DNA of 64,000 bases from Octopus sinensis (GCF_006345805.1 NC_043005.1:103230001-103294000); one strand, 5' to 3'. Positions 1-14,720 are shown, counted from the stretch's first letter. Notes: generated by a model not told the origin, from the sequence alone. A program made the numbers and translations.

Positions 1-155
1 CAAAGGAACAGCCACCTCGGGAAATTAATGTACAAGTGGTTAAGCACTCCACAGGCACGCGCCCCTTTAATGTAGTTCTCAGGGAAATTCAGTGTAACAC
101 AGAATGTGACTACATTGGCCCTTTGAAATACAGGTACTACTTATTTTTACCAGCT
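1..155 (-). mobile_element. tRNA-derived SINE family A, 3' part
   Basis: Reverse complement aligns by eye to 19950-20100 of the full family A copy. Confidence 0.75.
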
Positions 156-344
156 AAGATTTCTGCAAGAATCGTATAACCCTACCACATGGCGATAATA
201 AATCAAGTTGTACCCCAGCATGGTCACAAAGCAAAAAACCTGCAATCCAGGATTCCAGGGGTTATATTTGTAAATAATTGAGTAATCCATTGTAAAGCAC
301 CCAGTAATTGTACTGGGCATATGCATAATCATTAAGTCACAGCT

Positions 345-680
345 TTCTACTCTTTCACTCCTTTACTTGTTTCACTCATTTCACTGCGGCCATGCTGGAG
401 CACTGCCTTTTAGTTACGGGGACGTAAACACACCAGCATCGGTTGACAAGCGATGTTGGGGAGACAAACACAGACACACAAACATATACACACACATACA
501 TATATATATATATCTGTATATACATATGCAAATATACGACGGGCTTCTTTCAATTTCTGTCTCTCAAATCCACTCACAAGGCTTTGGTCGGCCTGAGACT
601 ATAGTAGTAGACACTTGCCCAAGATGCCACGCAGTGGGACTGAATCCGGAACCATATAGTTGGTTAGCAAGCAACTTTAT
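345..680 (-). mobile_element. tRNA-derived SINE family B
   Basis: Reverse complement of the family B copies at 20574-20870 and 57251-57673 (shared CACAAGGCTTTGGTCGGCC and GCCACGCAGTGGGACTGAA blocks, internal (TA)n). Confidence 0.8.
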
Positions 681-1029
681 TTCATTAAATTTGTCATGAA
701 GACAGTACATAGATTGGGTACCTTTGCAGGCTGGACAAATACATTAATGAATTAAAATGAAATAAAATGAATAAATGAGAGACGAAACCCAACACCCACC
801 GATTGGATTTTTCTCGAAAACATATTTTCTTCTTTTAAACATCAATATGAGGTTTCAAACAGTAAAGAATGTGTGTGCGTATGTGTGTGGATGCTCGCGC
901 ACGCCCTCGCTCGCATTGGTGATTTACTTTGGTTTTTACCAAAATGCTTGAAAACCGACGTAGACTAGTTTATGCCGCTGTAACATTGCGATGTACTAAA
1001 ACGGAAACAGAATAAGTAGGAGATACAAA

Positions 1030-1240
1030 TTTTCTGGTAGATTCGTTAACAACCCGGGCAAAATGCTTAGCAGCATTTCGTCCGTCTTTTGGTTCTGAGT
1101 TCAAATTTTGCTGAGGTCGAATTTGCCTTTCATCCCTTTCAGAGTCAGGAAAGTAATTACCAGCTAAACACCGGGGCCTATGTAGACATCTTATCCACTT
1201 CCTTAAAATTGCTGGCCCTGTACCAAAATTTGAAACAATA
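1030..1240 (+). mobile_element. SINE family C, diverged
   Basis: AAATGCTTAGC..TTCTGAGTTCAAAT..GAGGTCGA.TTTGCCTTTCATCC block shared with 38568-38767. Confidence 0.7.
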
Positions 1241-1863
1241 ATTAGGGTTGATATGGTTAACTAAAACTTTTGAGGCAGTATCTTAGCCGGAGACCAGCGA
1301 GGCAGACGAGAGTGAGAATAGAATTGTAAAAGTATAAAGCATACTTTTATAGATGATGTCAAGTATCACAAGTACTACATAGAGTATATAAACGAATCTA
1401 AACATATTTAAGTGGAGCGAAATTATTCATGTGATATGAGTAAGTGATAATAAATATTATAAATGTAAAACTGTATTGAATGGAATAATAAATTATACTC
1501 TGAAGTGAAGTGTAGAATAAATAAGTTTTAGATTATGAGAGGTTTTATTTCTCTTTCTGCGTATAGCATGTGGGCACCATTATATTACAATAAACAGAAA
1601 GCAAAGCATACAACTCGACGAAACGCTTATATATATACGTAGATGTACACATATATAATTAATAATATATATATATACTCAGACAACCAAATAGGCACAC
1701 GCGCGCAACCAGGCACACTCACGTACATACACACAAACATACACACGCATGCACATACATATATGTATGCATGCTCTATCACCTCAAATACATACAGGTG
1801 ACCCTTTTTCCAATAATGTGCCAGCAGCCGATATTAATTAAGTTTTCAATATCCTCCTTCGCA

Positions 1864-1901
1864 TATTGTTATTATTATTGTTGTTGTTGTTGTTATTGTT
1901 G

Positions 1902-1963
<62 letters not shown>

Positions 1964-2178
1964 GCCGTTGTTCTTCTTGTTTCTATTCTTGTTGGTGTTC
2001 TTACATTTATTTCATAAATATCGTTAGTTGTTGCAGTTATATATAAGTTTTATTTGTAAATATTTTCCCATATTATTACACCTTTATTGTTGATTTTATT
2101 ATTGTATTTTTATAACATTTTTTCTTATATTTCATTGTTCATGGTTCCCTGATTGTTCCACCATACTGAAATCACGTG

Positions 2179-2249
<71 letters not shown>

Positions 2250-2251
2250 TA

Positions 2252-2301
<50 letters not shown>

Positions 2302-2457
2302 TGCGGTGTGTGTGTCCATATGTATGCATATATTCATGTATACATACAGTCACACACACATGCACACACGTACACAGAAAAACACACATATCTACATATA
2401 CATACATACATATATAATATATATATATATATATATAGATAATATATATATAATATA

Positions 2458-2553
<96 letters not shown>

Positions 2554-2600
2554 TATGTTGATGCAGATACAATACATAGAACTCAAAATATGGATATATG
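1864..2600. repeat. (TTG)/(TTA)n and long (TA)n microsatellites
   Basis: Direct inspection; source of the poly-Y and YIYI pseudo-ORFs. Confidence 0.9.
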
Positions 2601-3016
2601 TATAATTTTATTAATATTTAGTAGAAGTAACAAAGTGACTCCAGGTACGAAAATTTCGTGCGTTTGATAAGTCTGATAAATGCCGACGCACGAAACCCTC
2701 TGACCTCGCGTCACTATGTTACTCCTGCCAAATATTAATATACAGAACTGAAGGATGCGGTATTTTCCAAAATAGAGGCGAACAACTTTCTCTACTTGAT
2801 CGGCTTGAAAAATTATGACTCTAGGATATTTTCCTATTGTCTTTACATGAAAACAATGTAAGCCTTAATACACCTAAGCGGTATTGAGTACTCATTATCA
2901 TCGTTCGACATATATATATATACAATACGCATTAATACTGATATTTTATAGTTGTTGTTTCTAAATTTGTTTAGTGTAAGATGCTCTACTCTTTCACATA
3001 CACACATATATATAAA

Positions 3017-3067
<51 letters not shown>

Positions 3068-3343
3068 ATCAATAATAATAAAGGGTAACATAAATTAATT
3101 AACTAGTAACTAGTGATGTTCCTCTCTGTATACGTGGGTTGTTTTCAATATTTGTTGTCCGGGAGTTTCTTCTTAAAGTAGAAGAAATAGCTAGGGTTCT
3201 TTGGTTGCTATTTCTAAAGCCCGGTATGTTGGTGAAGCAAATCTTTGCTGAACGCTAATTATAATTATACTTATAATTATAATATTAATATATATATATA
3301 ATATATATATATATAATTATATATATATATAGATAGATAGATA

Positions 3344-3400
<57 letters not shown>

Positions 3401-3405
<5 letters not shown>

Positions 3406-3630
3406 AAATAAGTCAAAATAGAAAGTACTAAAATAATTTTATAAAGAACATTTCAGTACCGGTTTCAGTCATTTTGAGACCTTTTCAACTGTAACGATTA
3501 AATAATTAAATTTAGAAAAATTAAAAGAAATGTTTTTTTTAAAGGAATATTTGTATAGTGTTCAAATATAAGTGGCATTTTCCTTGTTTCTGCTTTGCTC
3601 TGTCTCTCTTGTTCACACTTGTGGGTTCGG
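3401..3630 (-). mobile_element. ~230-bp hammerhead-bearing element (Penelope-like-derived candidate), copy 1
   Basis: Reverse complement of 27262-27492 along its length; flanked by (TA)n and (TG)n; contains the motif at 3452-3493. Confidence 0.65.
3452..3493 (-). ncRNA. Minimal type I hammerhead ribozyme motif, U3:A8 core variant
   Basis: Minus strand: CAG-UUGAAAA-GGUC(UCAAAAU)GACU-GAA-ACCGGU-A/CUG. 3-bp helix I, 4-bp helix II, palindromic helix III, GUA site. Confidence 0.65.
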
Positions 3631-4008
3631 TGTGTGTGTATACATATGCTTATACTCTCGCGTTTTCACACAGTCATTCACAAAATGACACCCGTGTGTT
3701 CTGTCGTTTTAGTATTACTGTATGGTCGATGGTCTTTATTAGTATTGTTATTGTTATATCTTCTGTGTTATATTAATTCTCCTACATTTGACATTGTTGA
3801 GAGTGTAAACTTCGTTTCTCCTCTTGGTATGTTGTTTGATTTCTCCTGCTCTTGTTTTGTTTTCTGTTATATATTTAACTGGAAATGTTATTTCCTTTGT
3901 CGTCTATTTTATTATTATTATTGCCAGCAAATGGATCAGTTGTTACTCTAAATATTTCAATTGAGAAAACAGAAATATCTTTCCTGGGCAAGTTTCTATA
4001 TTTGACAG

Positions 4009-4050
4009 ACCAATAATATTACATTATTCCACAACAACGATGTGTTCATG
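4009..4050 (+). CDS. Candidate 42-nt exon (frame 0 TNNITLFHNNDVFM)
   Basis: TTTCTATATTTGACAG acceptor and GTGAGT donor; no homology recognised; could be a pseudo-exon. Confidence 0.2.
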
Positions 4051-4336
4051 GTGAGTCTTGACATAAATAAATGTACTTGTAAACAGCAGACACTTCGGAA
4101 TTGTATGGTACATTATATCGATGAGAAACACAAAGCGACCTACAGGCACACACACACACAGGCACAGTCACACACACATTCATATATATGTATACAGACA
4201 AAAACACACACATATATATAGATACAAAGATAGATACAAACACGCGCTCGCGCACATATATATGCTTTTTCTTTAAATTATTTAAAGCGGTTCAGTTTCA
4301 AAGCTGCGGTCATGCTGGAGTACCACCGATGATAAT

Positions 4337-4393
<57 letters not shown>

Positions 4394-4445
4394 TTATATA
4401 TATATATGTGTGTGTGTGTGTATGTATATATATATATACATATAA

Positions 4446-4557
<112 letters not shown>

Positions 4558-4759
4558 GTATATGCATATATATGTATATATGTGTATGAATGTATATGTA
4601 TATACATTTGACGATAATTATATATATATATATATGGCGGTAATGATTTATATATACATACATATATCATGATATGTATATATATATTGATGTGTGTGTC
4701 TGTGTGTCTGTGTGTGTGTGTGTGTGTGTGTGTATGTAAATTTACACACGCAGAATCAT

Positions 4760-4900
4760 CTCTACCAGATGCACCAGACTTGAAATTTTGATGGAAGAGG
4801 CACGTCGATTACATCGACCACAATACTCAAATGGTACTTAATTCTATCGACTCCAAATGGATGAAAGTCATTATCGACCTCAACGTAAATTGAACTTTCA
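4760..4900 (-). mobile_element. SINE family C fragment
   Basis: GTCGATTACATCGACC..GGTACTTAATTCTATCGAC..GGATGAAAG matches the reverse complement of family C. Confidence 0.6.
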
Positions 4901-5579
4901 GATTCATTTGCAGTCAACAATTTGAAGATGTATTGCAGAAAAATGCTGCCACGATACTTCGAGTGGTTCTTAGGTTTTGTGTTTTACAGTATTGATATCG
5001 AGAGGTAGAGATGTTTCAAAAAACATATTTCGGTAGATTTAACACCAGAGTCTTCTTATCCCATGAGCGGTCACTTCACTTAATGTCAAGAATTGCTATT
5101 TTCGTGTCTTCTGTGACCGACTCGGTTCTTTTCTTATTGTCTGAGTATTATTACGAGCAAACTTGTACCGTCACTACTACAACTACCACCACCAACACCA
5201 CAACTACAACAACTATAACCACTACTACTACTAATATTACTACTACTACTACTACTACTATTCTTAGGTACACACACGTGATATCCGCCTGTGAAAAATA
5301 CCAATGTCAGCCGTCATTTTAGTTGGTCCTAGTTCCATGGATCTGCCACTTCAAACTTTGTCTTGAAGAGTGCTAAATCTCTCTTCAAATCCAAATACCG
5401 TTTGAGCTGAACAACCACCTCGTTCCAGGAAAATCTTCCACACACTTTTTTTAGAAAAAGAAATTAACACACGCACATATATACATACATTTATATTTAT
5501 ATATTTATATATACATATATGCGTAAATATATAGTAGATGTATATGTATATATATATATGTATAAATGTATGTATATGC

Positions 5580-5637
<58 letters not shown>

Positions 5638-6125
5638 GTATAAATGTACATACATATGTATATATATGCATATATATATATTTACATACACATATATATG
5701 TATATATATATATGTGTGTGAGTGTGCATGTCTATGTATATATGTGTGTGTGTGTAACAGAAAGGGGGGACTTTTTATTATCTGCACGTACTGAGTTGTA
5801 ATATATAGAAAAAGAAATTAAAGAAGGAAATGCACGCATTTTATACAGATTTACTATAATTTGTATATATCTTGTATTGTATTTGTCGACCGGTTTCGCT
5901 TTCGCTATCCATGCTATAAAAATGATTTAAGTACGTGTATATAGACATGTTCTGTATTTTTCGATGAAAACATTTTCTTTGTTTGTACCTTTTTGTAAAG
6001 AAATTGCATGTTTGCAAGGTAGAAGGGGAAACTTGTGAAATTTGGTTTGATATTACTTGTGTATTTCTCTATGTGTTCCTTTAAAGAAATGTGCTCTTTA
6101 TATAGAGTGATGTCCATATATATAT

Positions 6126-6161
<36 letters not shown>

Positions 6162-6189
6162 ATATGTATGTATTTAAACACGCACAGAA

Positions 6190-6300
6190 ATACTTGGTCT
6201 GGCCAATAAGTATCCGGACTGTTATAACAGTAACGAAGATAAAGCACGCAGAGTAGCGCCGTTGAAGCAGAGTTGCCTTCCTTAGCTAAAGACCGCAAAA
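6190..6300 (+). mobile_element. Possible mariner terminal fragment
   Basis: TACTTGGTCTGGCCAATAAGTATCCGGACT resembles mariner-type TIRs; no partner end found. Confidence 0.3.
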
Positions 6301-6506
6301 CTATGAGACTCGACCTCGTGTTCGAGGTTATTTTGTAGTAAGAAAGAGCTGTTGTGCAAAAAGCATACTTTATTTCGTAGCCGAAAGATTACTAAATCTT
6401 CTTACTTCAACATCGGCAACTCGTGTTTTCGGATCCATAAGGAGCATAAGAACACACATACACACAAACACAAATTGCCTTATATATACATTTATATATG
6501 TGTATA

Positions 6507-6553
<47 letters not shown>

Positions 6554-6879
6554 ATATACAGAGAGGGGGGAGAGAGAAACAGATAAAGAAAGAAAGCAAG
6601 AGAGAGATGCATGGATATATATACACGTATATACATATATACATATATATATATATACGTGCATACATATTATATATATATATACATGTGTGTGTGGGGG
6701 TGTGTAGGTGTGTGTGTGTGTGTGTATGTACGTATGTATGTATAGATAAAACTTACTCAGAAATGGATGCGTGGCGTTCGATCATATGATAATATAAATA
6801 TTATATCAATATATGCATATATGCATACATATGTGTACATAACTACATCTGTATGTATACATGAATGTATTTTTTTTCG

Positions 6880-7105
6880 TGTGTGTGTGTTTGTTTTCCC
6901 CTCAACCACCGCTTGACAACCGATACTGGTGTATTTATGTCCCGTAACTTACCGGTTCAGCAAAAGTGACCTATTGAATAAGTACTAGGATTACAAATTA
7001 TACGTCCCGGGGTCGATTTCTTCGACTACCACACTTTAAGACGGTGCTGCATCATGGCTGCAGTCAAATCCCTGAAACAAGTAATAGAATAAACGAATAA
7101 AAGAA
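6880..7105 (+). mobile_element. SINE family B, 3' half
   Basis: Matches 57470-57673 (GCTTGACAAC.GAT.CTGGTGT..GCAGTCAAAT..CTGAAACAAGTAA). Confidence 0.75.
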
Positions 7106-8911
7106 TATATACATTAGCAAAACATCTCTGGAAAATTTCATAGACAAACGTTAATTCGTGCGGTTATGTTGTATTAAAATTTATATGAAAATACCACGAT
7201 TACACGTTTTATAGAAGAAAACGTTTACATATTGCTCTTCTCTTCATTAGTTATTGATTATTTCCAACTCCTCACATTTTTACTAATACAAATAAAGCAA
7301 AAGTGTGTGCGTGGAAGTGGGCATGTGTGATCTGTTTGTGTTTTCTATTTTGTTTCATTTTTGTTTTTTCTCACTAAATCTCGACTGTTGCTTGCTGTTT
7401 AGCTTACTAAATGATTTAAAATTAATAAAAATCATGGTAGGTCGCCATATCAAATTCAAAACATATGTTTATTGAGTGCGACAGTCTGTGGGTGTACAAG
7501 AGTGTTTCCATACGTGAACGTATGTGGTTGTATCTGTTTCTTTAGACGAATTTTTAAGTACATATATTCGACCGTGTGCGGAAATGTCAATAATGATATA
7601 ACCACAGGTGTATATACATATTCATGCGTGGGCGTGCATGGGTGGTTTCAGAGCCAAAAGTAAGAGTCCTAAATATGCTATGTAGAGAAAATTTATTTGC
7701 CACAACATATTAAACAAAGTTACATATAATATAATAGATAAATTTCACCTAAGACTTTTGAAAACGTGAATACGCCCGAGTGGGCGTGATTACTTTTGAC
7801 TCTGTGGCCGTTAATTTTTGCTTCTTGCAGGAGTACTGTCAAACGGAACCACGCCATTTAAAACGATCGTGTAGTTCCAGAGGGTTGAGCTTCGAGGTAC
7901 ACAGAGCGTTAATCGGAAGGATTTGATTCACTTGATTATTTGAAGAAGTATATAACTGGAAATCACAGAATTGTACATATATTTTTCATTTCCTAAGTTA
8001 TCTTTTACTTGCTTGCGGTCATGTGGGAACACTACTTTGAAGAGTTTTAGACGATCTAATTGAGCCCTGTATGTTTTCTAATCCTGGCATTTATTCTATC
8101 GGTTTATTGCTAGGTTATGGTAACAAACCAACAAACGACTATATATGTTATTGCTTTGTTTTGGCATTACGAATTTAAATTATATCACACACACGCACAC
8201 ATGTACAAGGTGTATATTTTGTATGCACATGCATGTCCTCACACTAAATATTGTACTTCTTTTTAAATGCAGATCTATAATAAGGGACATCACGTGTTAT
8301 ATGGATGACATCCACTGCCATTTAAGCAGAAATTATAGTAAGAGAGTAATCAGGAATATTGTATGACTTTCCTCTCCATCTTCCGAACATATTTTTGGCA
8401 TCTCTATTCAAACAATTACTTTTAAATCACTGCAATGTATCAAAACAAATTTCTTTCTTTTTTCCATTCATTCAATTAATTTAAACTACTTTTTCTCAGA
8501 TTGGTTATATTTAAGAAGAAAATTATTATTTTTTGGTTGTTCTGTTTTGTTTACGAGAAATCAAATATCAAACAAATAAATTTATAATGTGAATTTATTT
8601 CGTTTTAATTATTTAATGGCAGGGTAACCACGTGTGTAGTAAATCTTTCCTCTCACTCCTTTCCATGTATCTCATGATTTCTTTCCTCCCAACCATCACT
8701 TCGATATCATTAAGTTATATCAGAATATATGTTAACATGCATTGTATTGGCGAAACTTCTAAGTAAAATATTTATATAATTACACACACACACACACACA
8801 CATACACACATGAATATAACGTATATATACATATATATATATATATAGAGAGAGAGAGATAGATATACATATATATAGATATATGCATGTATATATATAT
8901 ATATGTATATA

Positions 8912-9182
8912 TATTATATTAGAGGCAAAACCACTATTATGCAAATCAAACAAAGAAAGACTTAAGCCAATACATAAAATAATTTATATAAATTAAAATT
9001 TAACAATTATAATTAACCACTACGATCGTTTCGTGTCAGCACATCTTTGAGACATTCTTCAGGTGGTTTCAAAATCTACTTGGCGAGTTTTAAACTATAA
9101 ACTCATATAAATTATTTTATGTATTGGCTTAAGTCTTTCTTTGTTTGATTTGCATAATAGTGGTTTTGTCTCTAATATAATA
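8912..9182. mobile_element. 271-bp inverted-repeat element enclosing a hammerhead motif
   Basis: 78-bp arms 8912-8989 and 9105-9182 with one mismatch; 115-bp spacer; adjacent to (TA)n. Confidence 0.85.
9015..9068 (-). ncRNA. Minimal type I hammerhead ribozyme motif (CUGAAGA core)
   Basis: Minus strand: AACCAC-CUGAAGA-A.UGUC(13 nt)GACA.C-GAA-ACGAUCGU-A/GUGGUU. Perfect 6-bp helix I, palindromic helix III, GUA site, A.C mismatch at 10.1:11.1. Confidence 0.75.
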
Positions 9183-9274
9183 CAATATAATATTTTACTA
9201 TAAAATTGGATTCAATCCTAAATCTGATTTTTCCCAGTAAATTTGGATTTATTCCCTAATATTATTATTATATG

Positions 9275-9367
<93 letters not shown>

Positions 9368-9639
9368 ACATACATATTTATATATGTATGTATAATATAC
9401 GTATATATATATATATATCAATATTATCAATATATATCTAAATATATGTGTGTGTGCTTCTGTGTGTTCAATATTGAAGTGCATCATAAAAGTATGTGTT
9501 CAGTATATGTTCAGTATATGTGTCCAGCATGATGAATCTGAATATATCTACTGCATAAGCGATAAATTTGTAGATAATATAAACCACAAGAAATCTAACA
9601 TACATAGTGTTTGAACATTGAACGATGACAGATAAACGT

Positions 9640-10191
<552 letters not shown>

Positions 10192-10915
10192 GATGTTCCC
10201 TGGGAGCCTCTCTCCAAAAAACGAATTTAATCCAACAACATCGTTACAATGGAAGTAAGGTTCCACAAAATATCTTTTCCAAATTTTCTTTTAAGGCAGA
10301 GTAACTAAAAAGTCCGAACTATTATTGCCATATATAGCATGGTTTTCTTTCTTTTATGCATAATATTTCCATGTGACATGCATAAGAAATAGAAGCGAAC
10401 ATCAGAGCTCTTGAAATACTGTAAGTACATAAATTGATTAATTAATTAATTAATTAAATAAGTATACATGCAACTGTTTATGCATACACGTACACATTTT
10501 AATTATAAAGTATACATGCAACTGTTTGTGCATACATGTACACATTTTAATTATAAAGCATAAATAATGCATACACGCGCTCACACGTGCACACAGAAAG
10601 AAAAACCACGTTACGCGGACGAAAACAAAACAAAAACAAAGCGATTTTTCACGAACAAACGCAAAAAAAGAAAATTGGTCACTGAATTTAGAAAGTCACT
10701 ACACAGTTATGCCCGGAACATGACTACCAAAAGAAATAGAGGCGAATTTCGATCTGTAAGTCTTATGCGAGTTCGATATGAACAATATATAATTCGGAGA
10801 ATTCAGAAGCGGTGTTTTGTCAAAAAATTGACCCTGTCACCGTCACAGAAGCGGCGTCTTGTCAAAAAGTTGACTCTGAAAAAATGGACCCCTCTGATGT
10901 CGCCGTCAATCATTT

Positions 10916-13900
10916 AATGAAAACAAGCCAAAATCATGCCGGATCGGTCATCGCCCGGGACAACAAGGACCGCGTTACCCAGTAGGGAACCAGACTGGGG
11001 TCGAAAAGTTTGCTGCTGGAACAAACTCTCAAAAAGACGATCTACCAGGTGACCAGAACCAGAATACTTCTAACTCTGGACTTGTAGTGACACTACCAAA
11101 AACACCACCTAAAGCAAGCGTATAAAATGGACCAGAGAGGACTATAGAGATGTGTTGAAAGCTTTTTATACAGCCCAACTAAACCCAAACAATAACCTCA
11201 GTGTACAAACATACATCTCATGGAGAAATTCAGTAGGCAATGACGTACGTAATATATAGACGCAAATAAATTAAGTAATGTACGCAGAGATATAATTAAA
11301 AACAAAAGACTAACTGACGCTGAAATTGACAAAATTAGGATACTAATAGCTCATGGTAGACCAAAAGAAAACAGCAACAATGTAGACGAAATAGGTAACA
11401 GTAGCACAGAAGCCAGTGTAACAAGCGGCAAATCAACTTCCCAATGGGAAGTTAAACAAAGAATAGCGAAGACGAGAGATTTGAAAAAGAGGAGAACGTA
11501 GACCTTCCTCAAGAAAACCAAAATAGATATGACATAGAATTTGAGGTGAATAATAGAGAAAAGATTATGGAAGCAAAAGTGGACATTATGAGAGAACTCG
11601 GCAAGATTGAGCTCACTGACATGGTTAATAGAGAACCACTACCAAAGTTTTCAAATGGCACAAGAAATAACAACACAATCATGACATATAACGTTGCCCT
11701 AGGACAGATCTTAAGAAATAAGGGGAATGATTTGACAACCTTAAATAATCTTTATTTATTCCACTGCTAAAGTAGTAACTACCCAACTAGGTATTAAGAT
11801 GACAAAGAAAAAGGCCAGGCATGTCAATGAACCTCCTAAGTGGAAGTAGCGATACAAAAAGAGATTGAATCTCTGCGGGCGGATGTTTCAGTTCTCGATG
11901 AGCTTGCTAGAGGAGTGAATATTAAGCCGAGAAAAGCTAGAAAAATCAAGCAAAAATATAAAATCAAAGATCTCATAAACCTCCCTGCAACTAAGGAACT
12001 GTTGAAACAACGGATACAGTTGAAAGCTCAACGGCTTAGAAGGTATGACAAAAGAAACAAATTTTATCGACAAAATAAATTTTTTAAGACAGATGCAAAG
12101 AAATTTTATAGGGAAATTGGCAAAATAAAATACACATAGAAGATCCACCTAAGATTGAGGAAGTGGAGGAGTTCTGGAGAGAGGTATGGAGCAACGAAAA
12201 AGAGTTTAATGCTGAGGCTGACTGGATAGAACGTGAGAAAGAGAGACTGGATGAACTTGAAGAACAGAAATGGGAAGCAATAGAATAGAGGAGCTAAGGT
12301 GTGTCCTTAGGAAGGCTCATAATGGAAAACCCCAGGACTGGATCGGATCCCTAACTTCTGGCTGAATTGTTTGACAGAGGTACACGAACATCTCGCTGCA
12401 TCTCTGTCTGATGTCATTCAGAACCCAGAGCAAATACCTGCTTGGCTGACTGAAGGAACCACCTACCTATTACCTAAAACCGAAGACACAAAAAACCCAA
12501 AGAATTACCGGCAATAACATGTCTCACACCACCTACAAAATCCTCACATCCATAATAACGGAGAGAATGTACGCTTTCCTTGAACAAAATCTATCCTTCC
12601 ACAAGCTCAAAAAGGTTGTAAAGAAACTCTTATGGGTGCAAAGACCAATTGCTCATAAACAGAATGATTGTAGAGAATTGCCGGAGCAAAAACAAAAACC
12701 TGAGTATGGCATGGATAGACTACAGGAAAGCGTATGACAGTGTCCCACATAAATGGATACTCAAGGCCCTTGAGATATACAAGATCTCCCCTGTCGTCTC
12801 AAAATTCTTAGAGAATAGCATGACCATGTGGAACACACTCTCTTTCTTTCTAAGCCATAGTAATGGGATGAGCCAGTCCAACAGCATCAACATCAAACGA
12901 GGCATCTTTCAAGGTGACTCCCTCTCTCCATTACTTTTTTGCATGGCACTGATCCACTCTCAAACGAATTGGATAGTGCCAGATATGGGTACAAAGTTTT
13001 TTAGCAAGTTAATAAACCACCTTTTTTATATGGACGATCTAAAGCTGTTTGCCAAGAATGACCAAGAGCTAGAAGGGCTGCTAACAACTGTTAAAGAGTT
13101 TAGCAATGATATCGGAATGGTTTTGGCCTTGATAAGTGTGCTAAAGCAACTTTTGTAAGAGGCAAGCTCAGGCAAACAGCTTCTGTTAAATTAGATATTG
13201 ACACTACCATCAAGGAACTTGACTCACAAGAAAGCTACAAATAACTAGGAATCAACGAAGGAGATGGTATACATCATGCTACTATGAAGGAAAAAAAGAA
13301 AGGAGTACTATAGGAGAATAAGGCTTGTACTGAAGACTGAACTCAACTCCAAAAATTGCATTGAGGCCATTAACACCCTGGCACTTCCAGTAGTCCAGTA
13401 CAGTTTAACATCATTAACTGGAACCTTACGGAACTCCAACGCTTGACAGGAAGACAAGAAAGTTACTGACATCCAGGAGCATGCACCACCCTAAGCAGAT
13501 GTAGACCGCTTGTACCTACCTAGAGCAGCGGGGGAGAGGAATGATGGCAATTGGAGCTGTGCTATAAGACCTCTACTGTAGGAATGAACAGGTACCTATC
13601 TAGTACAAAGGACTGGATGCTGCGACTTGTGTGCGAACACGAAAGCAGCAAAAAGCTGCATTCTATTGTCAAGGAAGCTTATAAGTTCGAAAGGGAACTA
13701 GACATTAACCTTGAATCAGGTGAAGAGCCAGAAACCACTGCTACCAAGCAAGCAAGCGAATCAGGCAGACTGCAAAAAAGAATGGGTAGAATCAAATTGA
13801 GAGGCGGTGGAGCCAGAAGCCCTGCATGGACAATACATTCTCCGAAGCCAAAATGCTGATGTAGACCAAGCAACAACCCATCAGTGGCTGAAGAGTTCTG

Positions 13901-14720
13901 GATTGAAAGCAGAGACTGAAGGCTTCATAATTGCAGCACAAGATCAAAGCTTGTTTACCAGAAATTACCAGGCTAACGTTCTCCGAAACGGTACTGACCC
14001 TAAATGCAGATTCTGTGACACATTTGACGAAACAATAGACCATCTCGTTTCGGGATGTCCTGTGCTGACACCAAACGAATACAAAAATCGCCACGATAGG
14101 GTAGGACAGTATGTACATTGGAAGATATGTAAACACTACAAATCCGACACTCCTGCTAACTGGTATGAACACCATCCTCAGCCAGTTGTTGAAGGTAAAG
14201 ATGTCACCATCCTCTGGGATTTTCCAGTCAACACTGACAGAACGGTCAAGGCTAATCGACCAGACATAATTGTTAAAGACAGGGAAGAAAATACCTGCAG
14301 ACTAATAGAAGTAAGCGTCCCCACTGATAAAAATGTATCTGTCAAGGAATTTGACAAACTTAGTAAATATAAGGACCTGGAAATCGAAATACAGAGGATG
14401 TGGAATCTTAAAACAAAAACTGTTCCTGTTATTGTAGGTGCCCTAGGTATGATAAAAAAGGGATGTCAGAAACACCTAGACAAATCCCTGGAAAACCATG
14501 TCTCAAGGAAATCCAAAAGATTGTGCTAACAAGTACTGCCCACATCCTTAGAAAAACCCTATCAATGTAAATGTTTGTGTTTGTATTACATGGAGATATT
14601 TCTCTACTTCCCCTCCCCAAGCTTTCAGCTATATTTCAACAACTCTTAACCTTCACTTGCCCTAGGGCGCTGGGTGTGCCCCGGCAGGTGATTGCATCAA
14701 ACATGCAGATTAAAAGTAAA
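10916..14720 (+). mobile_element. Near full-length decayed R4/Dong-clade non-LTR retrotransposon (RT + CCHC + restriction-like endonuclease)
   Basis: N-terminal RIKWTREDYRDVLKAFY; RT motifs AWIDYRKAYDSVPH, RGIFQGDSLSPLLF and HLFYMDDLKLF (12649-13158); CRFC..DHLVSGC, RHDRVGQYVHW and RPDII..LIEVSVP..K..KY (13807-14529); many frameshifts and stops; 3' end runs into (AAT)n. Confidence 0.92.

Noticed and set aside
2658-2700. CTGATAA..GAAA hammerhead-like spacing inside a 10-bp hairpin
   Set aside because: 3:8 unpaired (C.A), and no helix I or III partner.
4900-5450. Complex sequence with partial reading frames on the minus strand
   Set aside because: Stops in all frames and no motif I could assign; possibly an old LINE remnant.
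5882-5912. Minus-strand GC-GAAA-GC-GAAACCGGUC, the 3' half of a minimal hammerhead
   Set aside because: No CUGANGA-type core or helix I upstream; at most a decayed relic.
7831-7896. Strong plus-strand acceptor (TTTTTGCTTCTTGCAG) before CpG-rich sequence
   Set aside because: Only a weak donor (GTACAC) follows and no recognisable peptide.
10730-10990. Possible HDV-like ribozyme at the R4 5' end
   Set aside because: I could not build the nested double pseudoknot by eye; it needs a descriptor search.
13885-13915. CTGAAGA..GAAA within the R4 ORF
   Set aside because: It encodes WLKSSGLKAE; helices do not form and the cleavage position is G.
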